Positions 1 to 9,822 of a stretch of 64,000 nucleotides of DNA are shown here, one piece after another. Source of the stretch: an uncultured Alphaproteobacteria bacterium (GTDB lineage: Bacteria; Pseudomonadota; Alphaproteobacteria; Micropepsales; Micropepsaceae); assembly GCA_903857685.1 (NCBI GenBank), contig CAIOFO010000019.1, positions 289 through 64,288 of the forward strand, written 5' to 3'. The notes below the pieces were generated by a model. That model saw only the letters and a list, made by a program, of their open reading frames with translations. It did not search any database and had not been told where the DNA came from. The position numbers and the translations under genes are program-made. Every line of letters starts with the position of its first letter. The first letter of the stretch is position 1.

Positions 1-747
1 ATGACCGCCCCCGCCGTGATCCTGTCCCATCCCCAAATTGGGGAGAATATCGGCGCCGCGGCCCGGGCGATGAAGAATTTCGGCCTGTCGGAACTGCGCC
101 TGATCGCGCCAGCCTGCCGCTGGCCCAATGAGCGGGCGCTGGCCCTGGCCTCCGGGGCGGGGGACATTCTGGAAGGGGCAAAACTTTATCCCGATGCGGC
201 GGCTGCCGTTTCCGACATCAGGCTGGTGCTGGCGACCACGGCGCGGGGGCGCGATGTGGTGCGGGAAATCCTCACCCCCGAAGCCGCCGCCCGGCGCCTG
301 AGGGCCGCCGCCGGCCAGAATGTCGCCAGCGCCATCCTGTTCGGGGGCGAGCGGGCCGGACTGGACAATGACGAGCTGTCCCTGGCCGATGCGGTGATCA
401 CCATTCCGACGGCCGAGTTTTCCTCCCTCAATCTGGGCCAGGCGGTGCTGCTGCTGGGCTATGAATGGCTGAAGTCGGCCGATGCCACGCCCGCCAGCCG
501 CACCCGCAAAAGCCCCGCCATCCCGGCCACCCGCCAGGAAGTGGTGGACCTGTTCGAGCATCTGGAGCGGGAGCTGGATGCCGGCGGGTTTTTCTTTCCG
601 CCCGCGAAAAAAGACGCCATGGTGCGCAACATACGGGCGATGATCCTGCGCGCGGGCCTGACCGACCAGGAAACGCGCACCATTCGCGGCATGATCGTGG
701 CGCTGGCGAAAAACAAATATCGCGGCCAGAAGGACAACAAAGCGTGA
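1..747 (+). CDS. trmJ: SpoU-family tRNA/rRNA methyltransferase (TrmJ/LasT type)
   Basis: N-terminal ILSHPQIGENIGAAARAMKNFGL, FGGERAGL and SLNLGQA SPOUT motifs. Confidence 0.85.
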   Translation: MTAPAVILSHPQIGENIGAAARAMKNFGLSELRLIAPACRWPNERALALASGAGDILEGAKLYPDAAAAVSDIRLVLATTARGRDVVREILTPEAAARRLRAAAGQNVASAILFGGERAGLDNDELSLADAVITIPTAEFSSLNLGQAVLLLGYEWLKSADATPASRTRKSPAIPATRQEVVDLFEHLERELDAGGFFFPPAKKDAMVRNIRAMILRAGLTDQETRTIRGMIVALAKNKYRGQKDNKA

Positions 748-1622
748 GCCTGGTTCCCGTCATCGGCTTTATCGGCGTCGCATTGCTGGCGATCCTGTTC
801 GCCACCTTTGCGCTGCTGCGCGGCCGGAGCAAAGGCTGGCTGCTGCTGACCGGCGCCATCGCGCTTTTTCTTCTGGGCGTGGGCGGCGGCACCTATTGGA
901 TGACGGGACGCCCGGCGCTGGCGCTGCGCGCATCGCAGGGACTGACCACGCATGAGGTCAACGGGCTGGTGCCCTACCTGATCGCGCGCGTTCGCAAGGA
1001 GCCGGGCGATCTGCAGGCCTGGATCTATCTGGGGGGCGCCTACATGACGGCGAACGATCCCGGCGACGCCGCCAAGGCCTATGGCCGCGCCGTGACGGTG
1101 GCGCGGCTGAAAAAAAGCGAAAGCCCGGACCTGGATGCCGCCTATGGCGAGGCGCTGGTGGCGTCGAACAGCGGCGCGGTCAGCGATGAAGCGGTGAGCG
1201 CCTTTACCGCGGCGCTGGCGCTCAATCCCAAGGACCCGGCGGCGCGATTCTTCCTGGCCCAGTCGCAGGCGGAACATGGCGACAAGCCGGGTGCGATGAC
1301 GCTGTGGCAGGGCCTTCTGGCGGAAACGCCGACCAATTCGCCGCTGCACCAGACATTGGTGGATCGCCTGGCGATGCTGACCGCCCAGGGTGGCGGCGGC
1401 GGCGCGCCCGATCCCAGGGCGATGGTGGCGCAGCTGGCGGCGGAGCTGAAGGCCAATCCGCATGACGCGGCGGGATGGCGGCGGCTGATGCGGGCTTACA
1501 CCGTGCTGGGCCAGCCGGATGAGGCCAAGGCCGCGCTGGCCACGGCGCGCCAGACTTTTGCCGGCGACAAGGATGTGCTGGCGCAACTGGACGGCGATGC
1601 CAAGGATTTGAAGATCAACTAA
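744..1622 (+). CDS. Membrane-anchored TPR protein resembling the C-terminal part of CcmI/CycH
   Basis: GTG at 744 overlaps the trmJ stop; two N-terminal TM segments then TPR helices (AWIYLGGAY, ARFFLAQ, GWRRLMRAYTVLG). Confidence 0.65.
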   Translation: MSLVPVIGFIGVALLAILFATFALLRGRSKGWLLLTGAIALFLLGVGGGTYWMTGRPALALRASQGLTTHEVNGLVPYLIARVRKEPGDLQAWIYLGGAYMTANDPGDAAKAYGRAVTVARLKKSESPDLDAAYGEALVASNSGAVSDEAVSAFTAALALNPKDPAARFFLAQSQAEHGDKPGAMTLWQGLLAETPTNSPLHQTLVDRLAMLTAQGGGGGAPDPRAMVAQLAAELKANPHDAAGWRRLMRAYTVLGQPDEAKAALATARQTFAGDKDVLAQLDGDAKDLKIN

Positions 1623-2368
1623 ACGCGCTGCGGCGTGACGCCGTGGGTCTTCAGCATCGCCTCGATCTCCTGCGCGGCCCGTTCAACGGTGTTGGGATTG
1701 CGGCCGCGCGCGACCAGCTGCGTTCCCGGCCCGCCATCATGGTAGAACGGATAGGAGCCGATCGCGACATCGCCATGGGCTTCCTGGATCGCGGCAAGGC
1801 CGATGGCGATGGAGCCCTCACCAATCGCGGCGGAAATGGTCACGGCCGTCATCTGGGTGCCGCGCGGCAAAGTGGGGGCGATGGCTTCCAGCATGGCGCG
1901 CATCACCATGGGCACGCCCGCCATCACATAGACATTGCCGATATGAAAACCCGGCGCGACGGAGGCGGTATTCTTGATGAGAGCGGCGCCATGGGGAATG
2001 CGGGCCATGCGCTTGCGCATATCGTTGAATTCGCCGGGGGCGTAGCGCGCTTCCAAGAGGGCATAGGCCTCGGGGTGATAGCCGATGCCAACATCGAATG
2101 CCTTGGCCACGGCATCGGCAGTGATGTCGTCATGGGTGGGGCCGATGCCGCCGGTGGTGAAGACCAGGTCATAGCGCCGGCGCAGGGCATTCAGCCCGGC
2201 GACGATTTCGGCCTGGCTATCGGCGACAACCCGGATTTCCTTCAGGTCAATGCCCAGCACCGCCAGGAACCTGGCGATATGGTGGGAATTGCTGTCCTGG
2301 GTGCGGCCGGAGAGGATTTCATCCCCGATCACCAGCACCGCGGCGGTCTTGTTGGCATCGTCCGGCAT
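1619..2368 (-). CDS. CinA-like molybdopterin-binding domain protein (competence/damage-inducible protein A, short form)
   Basis: VIGDEILSGRTQDSN and TTGGIGPTHDDIT motifs. Confidence 0.85.
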   Translation of the reverse strand: MPDDANKTAAVLVIGDEILSGRTQDSNSHHIARFLAVLGIDLKEIRVVADSQAEIVAGLNALRRRYDLVFTTGGIGPTHDDITADAVAKAFDVGIGYHPEAYALLEARYAPGEFNDMRKRMARIPHGAALIKNTASVAPGFHIGNVYVMAGVPMVMRAMLEAIAPTLPRGTQMTAVTISAAIGEGSIAIGLAAIQEAHGDVAIGSYPFYHDGGPGTQLVARGRNPNTVERAAQEIEAMLKTHGVTPQRV

Positions 2369-2430
2369 GGGACTTTGTCTCATATTTTCGGGGGACTGGA
2401 AAACCACCGGATTTTGCTTAAGTTACGGAC

Positions 2431-3264
2431 ATGACAATTGCCCCCGATACCCAGCTTTTCGACGCCGCGCGCCAGGCCCACCTGGCCGTGACGGTGCACG
2501 ACGCCGCCGCCTTCGAGGGCATGCGCAAGGCCGGACGGCTGGCCGCCGAGGTGCTGGACCTGCTGGTGCCGCTGGTGAAGCCGGGCGTCACCACCGAGGC
2601 GCTGGACAAGGTGGCCTATGACTATGTCGTCAGCCATGGCGCCGTTCCCGCCTGCCTGGGCTATCGCGGCTATCGCCACACCGTCTGCACCTCGATCAAC
2701 CATGTCGTCTGCCACGGCATTCCCAACGACAAACCCTTACGCGACGGCGATATCGTGAACATTGACGTCACCGTCATCCTGGACGGCTGGCATGGCGACA
2801 CATCGCGCATGTATCCGGTGGGCGAGGCCAAGCTGAAATCGCAGCGGCTGATCGACATCACCTATGAATCCATGATGCGCGGCATTGCTGCCGTGAAGCC
2901 GGGCGCCACCACCGGCGATATCGGCCATGCCATCCAGTCCTATGCCGAAGGCCAGGAACGTTGCGCCGTGGTGCGTGATTTCTGCGGCCATGGCTTGGGC
3001 AGGATTTTCCATGCCCTGCCCAATGTGGTGCATTACGGCAAGCCGGGGCACGGCATAAAATTGCTGCCGGGAATGTTTTTTACCGTCGAGCCCATGATCA
3101 ATCTGGGCGCCTATGGCGTAAAAGTCTTGAATGACGGCTGGACGGCCGTGACGCGCGACAGGTCGCTGTCGGCGCAGTTCGAACATTCGGTGGGTGTCAC
3201 GGACAATGGCGTCGAAATCTTCACGCTCTCCCCAAAAGGCTGGGACAAGCCCCCTTATCTCTGA
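2431..3264 (+). CDS. map: Methionine aminopeptidase type I
   Basis: [33 protein letters not shown] metal ligands. Confidence 0.95.
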   Translation: MTIAPDTQLFDAARQAHLAVTVHDAAAFEGMRKAGRLAAEVLDLLVPLVKPGVTTEALDKVAYDYVVSHGAVPACLGYRGYRHTVCTSINHVVCHGIPNDKPLRDGDIVNIDVTVILDGWHGDTSRMYPVGEAKLKSQRLIDITYESMMRGIAAVKPGATTGDIGHAIQSYAEGQERCAVVRDFCGHGLGRIFHALPNVVHYGKPGHGIKLLPGMFFTVEPMINLGAYGVKVLNDGWTAVTRDRSLSAQFEHSVGVTDNGVEIFTLSPKGWDKPPYL

Positions 3265-3271
3265 CGCCGGG

Positions 3272-3934
3272 ATGGATGCGCCGCATACCGGCCACCGCGG
3301 GCGCTTGCGCGAACGCTTTGTCAAAGGCGGCGCGGAGGCCATGCCCGATTACGAGATGCTGGAGCTGGTGCTGTTCGCAGCATTGCCGCGGCGGGACACC
3401 AAGGCGCTGATCGCCCGCTTCGGTTCTTTCGCCGAAGTGATCGCGGCCAAACGTGAGCGCCTCAAGGAATTTCCCGGCGTCGGCGAGGCGGTGATCAGCC
3501 AGCTCAAGATCGTGGAAGCGGCGGCCCAGCGTTTGGCGCGCGGCATGGTGATGGGGCGGCCGGCGCTGTCGTCCTGGGCGGCGCTGCTGGATTACTGCAT
3601 GGCGGCGATGGCGCGCAGCCAGAACGAGGAATTCCGCGTGCTGTTCCAGGACCGCAAGAATGTGCTAGTGGCCGATGAGGTCCAGTCACGCGGCACGGTG
3701 GACCATGCCCCGGTCTATCCGCGCGAGATCGTGCGCCGGGCGCTGGAGCATGGCGCATCGGCCATCATCCTGGTGCACAATCACCCGTCCGGCGATCCCA
3801 CCCCGTCACGCGCCGATATCGACATGACGCGCGAGATCGCCGCCGCCGCCAAGGCGCTCAAGATCGCGGTGCATGACCATCTGGTGATCGACCGCGGCGG
3901 GCATGCCAGCTTCAAGTCGCTAGGGTTGCTCTGA
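3272..3934 (+). CDS. radC: RadC/JAB-domain protein
   Basis: [11 protein letters not shown]-terminus; JAB motif [14 protein letters not shown]; VHDHLV. Confidence 0.9.
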   Translation: MDAPHTGHRGRLRERFVKGGAEAMPDYEMLELVLFAALPRRDTKALIARFGSFAEVIAAKRERLKEFPGVGEAVISQLKIVEAAAQRLARGMVMGRPALSSWAALLDYCMAAMARSQNEEFRVLFQDRKNVLVADEVQSRGTVDHAPVYPREIVRRALEHGASAIILVHNHPSGDPTPSRADIDMTREIAAAAKALKIAVHDHLVIDRGGHASFKSLGLL

Positions 3935-4012
3935 GCGAATAGCCGCCCGTCTCGATTGGCCGTTTCGCCCGCGCCCCGGCCCTGCCAAAATTGCCGCCCA
4001 AGGAGAAACATC

Positions 4013-4618
4013 ATGCGCCTGATCGGAATGCTGGATTCGCCCTATGTGCGCCGGGTGGCGGTGTCGCTGAAATTCATGGGCCTGCCGTTTAGCCATGAAC
4101 CGGTTTCGGTGTTCCGCCATTACGACCATTTCGCCAGCATCAACCCGGTGGTGAAGGCCCCCACACTGGTGACGGATGACGGCGTGGTGCTGATGGATTC
4201 CACCCTGATCCTGGAATATGCCGAGCGCCTGGCGGCGCCGGAGCGACGGCTGTCGCCGACCGGCGCGGCGGAATTTGCGCGCAGCCAGCGGATTGTCGGG
4301 TTGGTGCTGGTGGCCTGCGAAAAGTCGGTGCAGATCGTTTATGAAAACATGCGGCCGGAAGAAAAACGTCACCAGCCCTGGCTGGACCGGGTGAGCAGGC
4401 AGCTGAATACCGCCTGGGGCCTGATCGAGGCGGAAACCGGCAAGGGATGGTATGGCGGCAGCCGTGCGATGGCGGCGGACATCGCGGTGGCGACGGCCTG
4501 GACCTTCGGCCAGCATGTGGTGGCCGACACGGTGCGCGCCAGCGATTACCCCGCCGTCGCGGCGCTGGTGGCGCGCGCCGAAGCGCTGCCCGAATTCCTG
4601 GGCACGCCGCTGGACTAG
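4013..4618 (+). CDS. Glutathione S-transferase family protein
   Basis: MLDSPYVRRV, NPVVKAPTL, DSTLILEY; RBS AAGGAG upstream. Confidence 0.9.
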   Translation: MRLIGMLDSPYVRRVAVSLKFMGLPFSHEPVSVFRHYDHFASINPVVKAPTLVTDDGVVLMDSTLILEYAERLAAPERRLSPTGAAEFARSQRIVGLVLVACEKSVQIVYENMRPEEKRHQPWLDRVSRQLNTAWGLIEAETGKGWYGGSRAMAADIAVATAWTFGQHVVADTVRASDYPAVAALVARAEALPEFLGTPLD

Positions 4619-4640
4619 CCTTTAATGGCATTTTCGGGCG

Positions 4641-4770
4641 CGGGCCGCTCGCTCAAGCTCGCGGCGTTGGCTTAGCTTTTCTTGGCGAACGGCAGAGAGC
4701 CTAGAAAAGCTTGCCCAATCCGAGCGCAGCGAGGATGTGTCGCTCAAAATGGTCCGCCGGACCATTTTGC
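4641..4770. repeat. Multi-hairpin REP-like intergenic element
   Basis: Perfect 11-bp hairpin CAAAATGGTCC-gcc-GGACCATTTTG (4745-4769), AGCTTTTCT...AGAAAAGCT stem, CCGAGCGCAGCGAGG motif. Confidence 0.5.
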
Positions 4771-4825
4771 CCGCTTTGCGGACCGCTCCTCACTTGCTAG
4801 AAGCATCCGCAAAGAAAGGCCTTCC

Positions 4826-6127
4826 ATGATCCCCCGCTATGCCCGCCCGGAAATGACCGAAATCTGGTCGCCCGAGAGCAAGTTCCGCATCTGGTTCGAG
4901 ATCGAGGCGCATTCCACCGATGCCCTGGCGGAACTGGGCGTGGTGCCGAAGGAAGCGGCCAAAAAGCTCTGGGAAAAGGGCAAAGACGCCAAATTCGACG
5001 TGGCGCGGATCGATGAGATCGAGCGCGAGGTCAAGCATGACGTGATAGCCTTCCTCACCCATCTGTCCGAGATCGTGGGCCCGGAAGCGCGCTTTGTGCA
5101 CCAGGGCATGACCAGCTCGGATGTGCTGGACACCTGTTTGAATGTGCAGATGGCGCGGGCGGCGGACCTGTTGATCGCCGATACCGATGCGCTGTTGGCG
5201 GCGCTGAAGAAGCGGGCGATGGAATACAAGATGACGCCCACCATCGGGCGCAGCCACGGCATCCATGCCGAGCCCACCACCTTCGGCGTCAAGCTGGCCG
5301 GATTTTACGCCGAGTTCGCCAGAGCCCGCGCCCGGCTGGTGACGGCCCGCGCCGAGATCGCCACCTGCGCCATTTCCGGCGCGGTCGGCACCTTCGCCAA
5401 TATCGATCCACGCGTGGAAGAGTATGTCGCGCAGAAAATGAATCTGGCGGTCGAGCCGGTGTCCACCCAGATCATTCCGCGCGACCGCCATGCCGCCTAT
5501 TTCGCGGCGCTGGGCGTGGTGGCGTCTTCCCTGGAAAGGCTGGCGGTGGAAATCCGCCATCTGCAGCGCACCGAAGTGCTGGAAGCGGAGGAATATTTTT
5601 CCCCCGGCCAGAAAGGATCCTCCGCCATGCCGCACAAGCGCAACCCGGTGCTGACCGAAAACGTCACCGGCCTGGCGCGCATGGTGCGGGCCTATGTGCT
5701 GCCCGCGATGGAAAATGTGGCGCTGTGGCATGAGCGGGACATCTCGCACTCTTCGGTCGAGCGCTATATCGGCCCGGACGCCACCATCACACTGGACTTT
5801 GCGCTGGCGCGGATGACCGGGGTGATCGACAAGCTGGTGGTTTACCCCAAGCGCATGCAGGAGAATCTGGACAAGACCCAGGGGCTGGTGCACAGCCAGC
5901 GCGTGCTGCTGGCGCTGACACAGGCGGGGATCGCGCGGGAGGATTCCTATCGCCTGGTGCAGCGCAACGCCATGCGCACCTGGAACGGCGAAGGCCCGCT
6001 GCTGGAGCTTCTGAAGGCCGATCCGGAGGTGGCGGGCAAGGTGCCGCCCGAAAAGCTGGATGCTATGTTCGACCTTGGCTATCACCTGAAACAGGTGGAC
6101 ACGATCTTCAAGCGCGTCTTCGGCTGA
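4826..6127 (+). CDS. purB: Adenylosuccinate lyase
   Basis: MIPRYARPEM start, KHDVIAFL, GRSHGIHAEP, GSSAMPHKRNP signature. Confidence 0.97.
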   Translation: MIPRYARPEMTEIWSPESKFRIWFEIEAHSTDALAELGVVPKEAAKKLWEKGKDAKFDVARIDEIEREVKHDVIAFLTHLSEIVGPEARFVHQGMTSSDVLDTCLNVQMARAADLLIADTDALLAALKKRAMEYKMTPTIGRSHGIHAEPTTFGVKLAGFYAEFARARARLVTARAEIATCAISGAVGTFANIDPRVEEYVAQKMNLAVEPVSTQIIPRDRHAAYFAALGVVASSLERLAVEIRHLQRTEVLEAEEYFSPGQKGSSAMPHKRNPVLTENVTGLARMVRAYVLPAMENVALWHERDISHSSVERYIGPDATITLDFALARMTGVIDKLVVYPKRMQENLDKTQGLVHSQRVLLALTQAGIAREDSYRLVQRNAMRTWNGEGPLLELLKADPEVAGKVPPEKLDAMFDLGYHLKQVDTIFKRVFG

Positions 6128-6128
6128 C

Positions 6129-6536
6129 ATGCGGGAGCAGACGCAAAAATTGATCCGCGCCTATTACGCGGCCTTCAACGCCAAGGACATGGACGGCTTT
6201 CTCGCCCTCCTGGCCGAGGATGTGGTCCATGACATAAACCTGGGCGGGCGTGAACACGGCAAGAAGACCTTTGCCGCCTTCCTGACGCGCATGAACCTTT
6301 GCTATGACGAAGAAATCGTGGACCTAGCGGTGATGAGCAATGACGATGGCAGCCGCGCCAGCGCCGAATTCACCGTGCTGGGCAAATATCTTGTCGCCGA
6401 CAGCGGCTTGCCGCCCGCCCATGGCCAGAGCTACCGGTTGCCGGCGGGAGCCTTTTTCGAGATCAGGGGTGGCAGGATCGCGCGCATTTCCAACTATTAT
6501 AACCTGGAAGACTGGCTGAAGCAGGTTGCCGTATGA
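6129..6536 (+). CDS. SnoaL/NTF2-like (ketosteroid isomerase-related) protein
   Basis: YYAAFNAKDMDGFLALLAEDVVHD, LPAGAFFEIRGGRIARISNYYN pattern; starts 1 nt after purB stop. Confidence 0.8.
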   Translation: MREQTQKLIRAYYAAFNAKDMDGFLALLAEDVVHDINLGGREHGKKTFAAFLTRMNLCYDEEIVDLAVMSNDDGSRASAEFTVLGKYLVADSGLPPAHGQSYRLPAGAFFEIRGGRIARISNYYNLEDWLKQVAV

Positions 6537-7120
6537 ACGTCACGGTCACCCGGTTGACCGGCGAGGCGATACGAGCGCGGCTGGATGATCTTGCTAAGCT
6601 GCGCATCGAGGTCTTCCGCGCCTGGCCCTATCTCTACAAGGGCGCCATGGCCTATGAGCGGCAATATCTGCCGCGCTATGCCGAGGCGAAGACCGGCACC
6701 CTGGTCGTGGCGCAGACTGACGGCAAGATCGTCGGCGCCTCAACCGCGCTGGGCCTGGATGAAGAAGACGATTACATCCAGAAGCCTTTTGTCGATGCCG
6801 GCATGGACCTGACAAAGATTTTCTATTTCGGCGAGTCGGTGGTGCTGCCGGAGTATCGCGGCCAAGGCATCGGCATCCGCTTTTTCCAGGAGCGCGAGGC
6901 GGCGGCGCGCGAGCATGGCTATACCCAGACCAGTTTCTGCAGCGTGGTGCGGCCGGACAATCATCCCGCCCGGCCCAAGGATTATTTGCCGCTGAACAAT
7001 TTCTGGAAGCGGCGCGGTTATGTCCAGCGGCCGGACCTGGTGGCAAAATTTTCCTGGCGCGATATCGGCGAGCGCGGCGAGAGCGAAAAGCCCATGATTT
7101 ACTGGATGAAAACGCTTTGA
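6533..7120 (+). CDS. GNAT-family N-acyltransferase
   Basis: Acyl-CoA motif A VVLPEYRGQGIG; FWKRRGY; ATGA overlap with upstream gene. Confidence 0.85.
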   Translation: MNVTVTRLTGEAIRARLDDLAKLRIEVFRAWPYLYKGAMAYERQYLPRYAEAKTGTLVVAQTDGKIVGASTALGLDEEDDYIQKPFVDAGMDLTKIFYFGESVVLPEYRGQGIGIRFFQEREAAAREHGYTQTSFCSVVRPDNHPARPKDYLPLNNFWKRRGYVQRPDLVAKFSWRDIGERGESEKPMIYWMKTL

Positions 7121-8010
7121 AGCTGGCCTTGGCCCAGTATCCGATCAGGCGCTTCGCCAGTCTGGAAGAGTGGCAGTCCGATACCGAAAATTGGGTGGCG
7201 CGGGCCGCGAATGATGGCGCCACGTTTCTGTCCTTTCCCGAATATGGCGGCATGGCGCTGACGTCGCTGCTGCCGGTGGCGCTGCAGCAGGATCTGCGCA
7301 GGCAGATTCCGGCGCTGGAAGAATTTCATGCCGATTATGTCGCCACGTTTGCCGCGCTGGCGGTAAAGCATGGAGTTTATATTCAGGCGCCCAGCCTGCC
7401 GGTGGTGGTGCCCGATTCCACAAACAACAAGGTTCATAACCGCGCCTATCTTCTGTCGCCTTCAGGCAAGCTGGACTTCCAGGACAAGCGTCAGATGACC
7501 CGCTTTGAGAATGAGCAATGGGGCATCAGCGGCGGCAGCGATCTGAAGGTCTTTGACATTGGCGAAACCAGGATCGGCATTGCCGTCTGTTACGACATAG
7601 AATTTCCCCTGATCGCCCATGCCATGGCGGCTGAGGGCGCCGAGCTGATCCTGGCGCCCAGCTGTACCGACACGCTGGCCGGGGCAAACCGCGTTCATGT
7701 CGGGGCGCGGGCGCGGGCGCTGGAGAATCAGGTCTATGTCGCCCTCGCACCCACGGTCGGGGACGCGTCCTGGTCATCGGCGGTGGATGTAAATATCGGC
7801 TGGGCGGCGGTTTACAGCGCGCCGGATCGTCGTTTTCCCGATGACGGCATCCTGGCCAAAGGCGATTTGAACAAGCCGGGCTGGGTGACGGCGGCGCTGG
7901 ATTTTGCCGCCCTGAAAAGCGCGCGGGAGCAGGCCCAGGTGTTTACCGCCCGAGATTGGGACGCGCAGGGTTTGCCGGGTCTTTCTGCCGCGATAGTTCC
8001 ATTGGCGTAA
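7117..8010 (+). CDS. Carbon-nitrogen hydrolase (nitrilase superfamily, RimI-associated class 12-like)
   Basis: Glu-Lys-Cys triad in FPEYG, QDKRQM, VCYDIEF; RARALENQ; TTG start overlaps GNAT stop. Confidence 0.85.
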   Translation: MKLALAQYPIRRFASLEEWQSDTENWVARAANDGATFLSFPEYGGMALTSLLPVALQQDLRRQIPALEEFHADYVATFAALAVKHGVYIQAPSLPVVVPDSTNNKVHNRAYLLSPSGKLDFQDKRQMTRFENEQWGISGGSDLKVFDIGETRIGIAVCYDIEFPLIAHAMAAEGAELILAPSCTDTLAGANRVHVGARARALENQVYVALAPTVGDASWSSAVDVNIGWAAVYSAPDRRFPDDGILAKGDLNKPGWVTAALDFAALKSAREQAQVFTARDWDAQGLPGLSAAIVPLA

Positions 8011-8150
8011 GCCATTGATTTTGCACGATCCTGTGGACGGGAAGCCGCCATGCGCGGCTAACGGTCCCGGCGGCGTTGCTGTTGGCGGCGCGCATCCCTA
8101 AATTCAGTGCTCGCCGGGATACCTTCAGGCGAGCCCAAGGACACATCGCC

Positions 8151-8915
8151 ATGAAACGCCGCCGCGTCATCTACGAAGGCAAAGCCAAGATTCTATACGA
8201 AGGCACCGAGCCGGGCACCGTCATCCAGTATTTCAAGGACGACGCCACCGCCGGAAACGGCGCCAAGAAAGACACCATCGAGGGCAAGGGCGTCCTCAAC
8301 AACCGCATCAGCGAGTACCTGATGACGCAGCTGGCCGCCATCGGCGTGCCCACCCATTTCGTGCGCCGCCTGAACATGCGCGAGCAGCTGATCAAGGAAG
8401 TCGAGATCATTCCGCTGGAAGTGGTGGTGCGCAACATCGCCGCCGGTTCCATGTCCAAGCGGCTGGGGATCGAGGAAGGCACCGCCCTGCCCCGCTCCAT
8501 CATCGAATATTACTACAAGAATGACAGCCTGAACGATCCCTGGGTCAGCGAAGAGCATATTACCGCCTTCGGCTGGGCATCCCCGCAGGACCTGGACGAC
8601 ATGGTGAACCTCACCATCCGCATCAATGATTTTCTCTCGGGCCTGTTCCTGGGCGCCGGCATCAAGCTGGTGGATTTCAAGCTGGAATTCGGCCGGCTGT
8701 GGGAAAATGATTTCATGCGCATCGTGCTGGCCGACGAGATCAGCCCGGACAATTGCCGCTTGTGGGACGCCACCACCTCCGAGAAACTGGACAAGGACCG
8801 GTTCCGCCGCGACCTGGGCGGGGTGATCGAGGCCTATTCCGAAGTGGCCAGGCGCTTGGGAATCATGCCCGAATCGGTGCAAGGCGAGAATAAAGGTCCC
8901 GTTCTGGTCAAGTGA
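8151..8915 (+). CDS. purC: SAICAR synthetase
   Basis: [36 protein letters not shown]. Confidence 0.97.
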   Translation: MKRRRVIYEGKAKILYEGTEPGTVIQYFKDDATAGNGAKKDTIEGKGVLNNRISEYLMTQLAAIGVPTHFVRRLNMREQLIKEVEIIPLEVVVRNIAAGSMSKRLGIEEGTALPRSIIEYYYKNDSLNDPWVSEEHITAFGWASPQDLDDMVNLTIRINDFLSGLFLGAGIKLVDFKLEFGRLWENDFMRIVLADEISPDNCRLWDATTSEKLDKDRFRRDLGGVIEAYSEVARRLGIMPESVQGENKGPVLVK

Positions 8916-8923
8916 GCTCTGCC

Positions 8924-9163
8924 GTGAAAGCCCGCGTCTTCGTCACCCTCAAAAACGGCGTTCTTGATCCGCAAGGCAAGGCCATCGGTCATGCCCTGAA
9001 CGGGCTGGGCTTTGCCAGCGTCGGCGAAGTGCGCCAGGGCAAGGTGATCGACCTGGAGCTTTCCGAAACCGATACCGGCAAGGCCAAGGCCGCGCTGAAA
9101 GACATGTGCGAGAAGCTGCTGGCCAATACCGTGATCGAGAAATACGAGATCGAGCTGAAATGA
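8924..9163 (+). CDS. purS: FGAM synthase subunit PurS
   Basis: [22 protein letters not shown]. Confidence 0.95.
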   Translation: MKARVFVTLKNGVLDPQGKAIGHALNGLGFASVGEVRQGKVIDLELSETDTGKAKAALKDMCEKLLANTVIEKYEIELK

Positions 9164-9822
9164 AATCTGCGGTGATCGTTTTTCCCGCCTCCAACTGCGA
9201 CCGCGATGCGGCCACCGCGCTGGAGCAGATGACCGGCACGAAAACCCTTATGGTCTGGCACCAGGACAGTGATCTGCCGGAGGTGGACCTGGTGGTGCTG
9301 CCGGGCGGTTTTTCCTATGGCGATTATCTGCGCTGCGGCGCCATGGCCAACCAGTCGAAAATCATGGGCGCGATCAAGGCCCATGCCGGGCGGGGCGGCG
9401 CGGTGCTGGGCATCTGCAACGGGTTCCAGGTGCTGACGGAATCGGGCCTGCTGCCCGGCGCGCTGATGCGCAATGCCGGGCTGAAATTCATCTGCAAACA
9501 GGTTGGCCTGAGCGTGGAAGAAACCCAGAGCGCCTTTACCCGCAAATATGACAAGGGCCAGACCATCAGCCTTCCTGTGGCGCATGGCGAAGGCAATTAT
9601 TACGCCGACGACGCGACGCTCGACCGGCTGGAAGGCGATGGCCGGGTAATGTTCCGCTACCAGGACAATCCCAATGGCTCGGCGCGCAATATCGCCGGCA
9701 TTCTGAATGAAAAGCGCAATGTGCTGGGCCTGATGCCTCATCCCGAGCGGGTGGTGGACCCCCTCACCGGCGGCACGGACGGGCGCGGCCTGTTCCAGAG
9801 CCTGATCGAAACATTATCCTGA
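9160..9822 (+). CDS. purQ: FGAM synthase glutaminase subunit PurQ
   Basis: [27 protein letters not shown] triad. Confidence 0.97.
   Translation: MKSAVIVFPASNCDRDAATALEQMTGTKTLMVWHQDSDLPEVDLVVLPGGFSYGDYLRCGAMANQSKIMGAIKAHAGRGGAVLGICNGFQVLTESGLLPGALMRNAGLKFICKQVGLSVEETQSAFTRKYDKGQTISLPVAHGEGNYYADDATLDRLEGDGRVMFRYQDNPNGSARNIAGILNEKRNVLGLMPHPERVVDPLTGGTDGRGLFQSLIETLS

Noticed and set aside
4774-4814. CTTTGCGGA/TCCGCAAAG inverted repeat before purB as a riboswitch
   Set aside because: It overlaps a plausible sigma-70 promoter (TTGCGG-N16-TAGAAG), so most of it would not be transcribed
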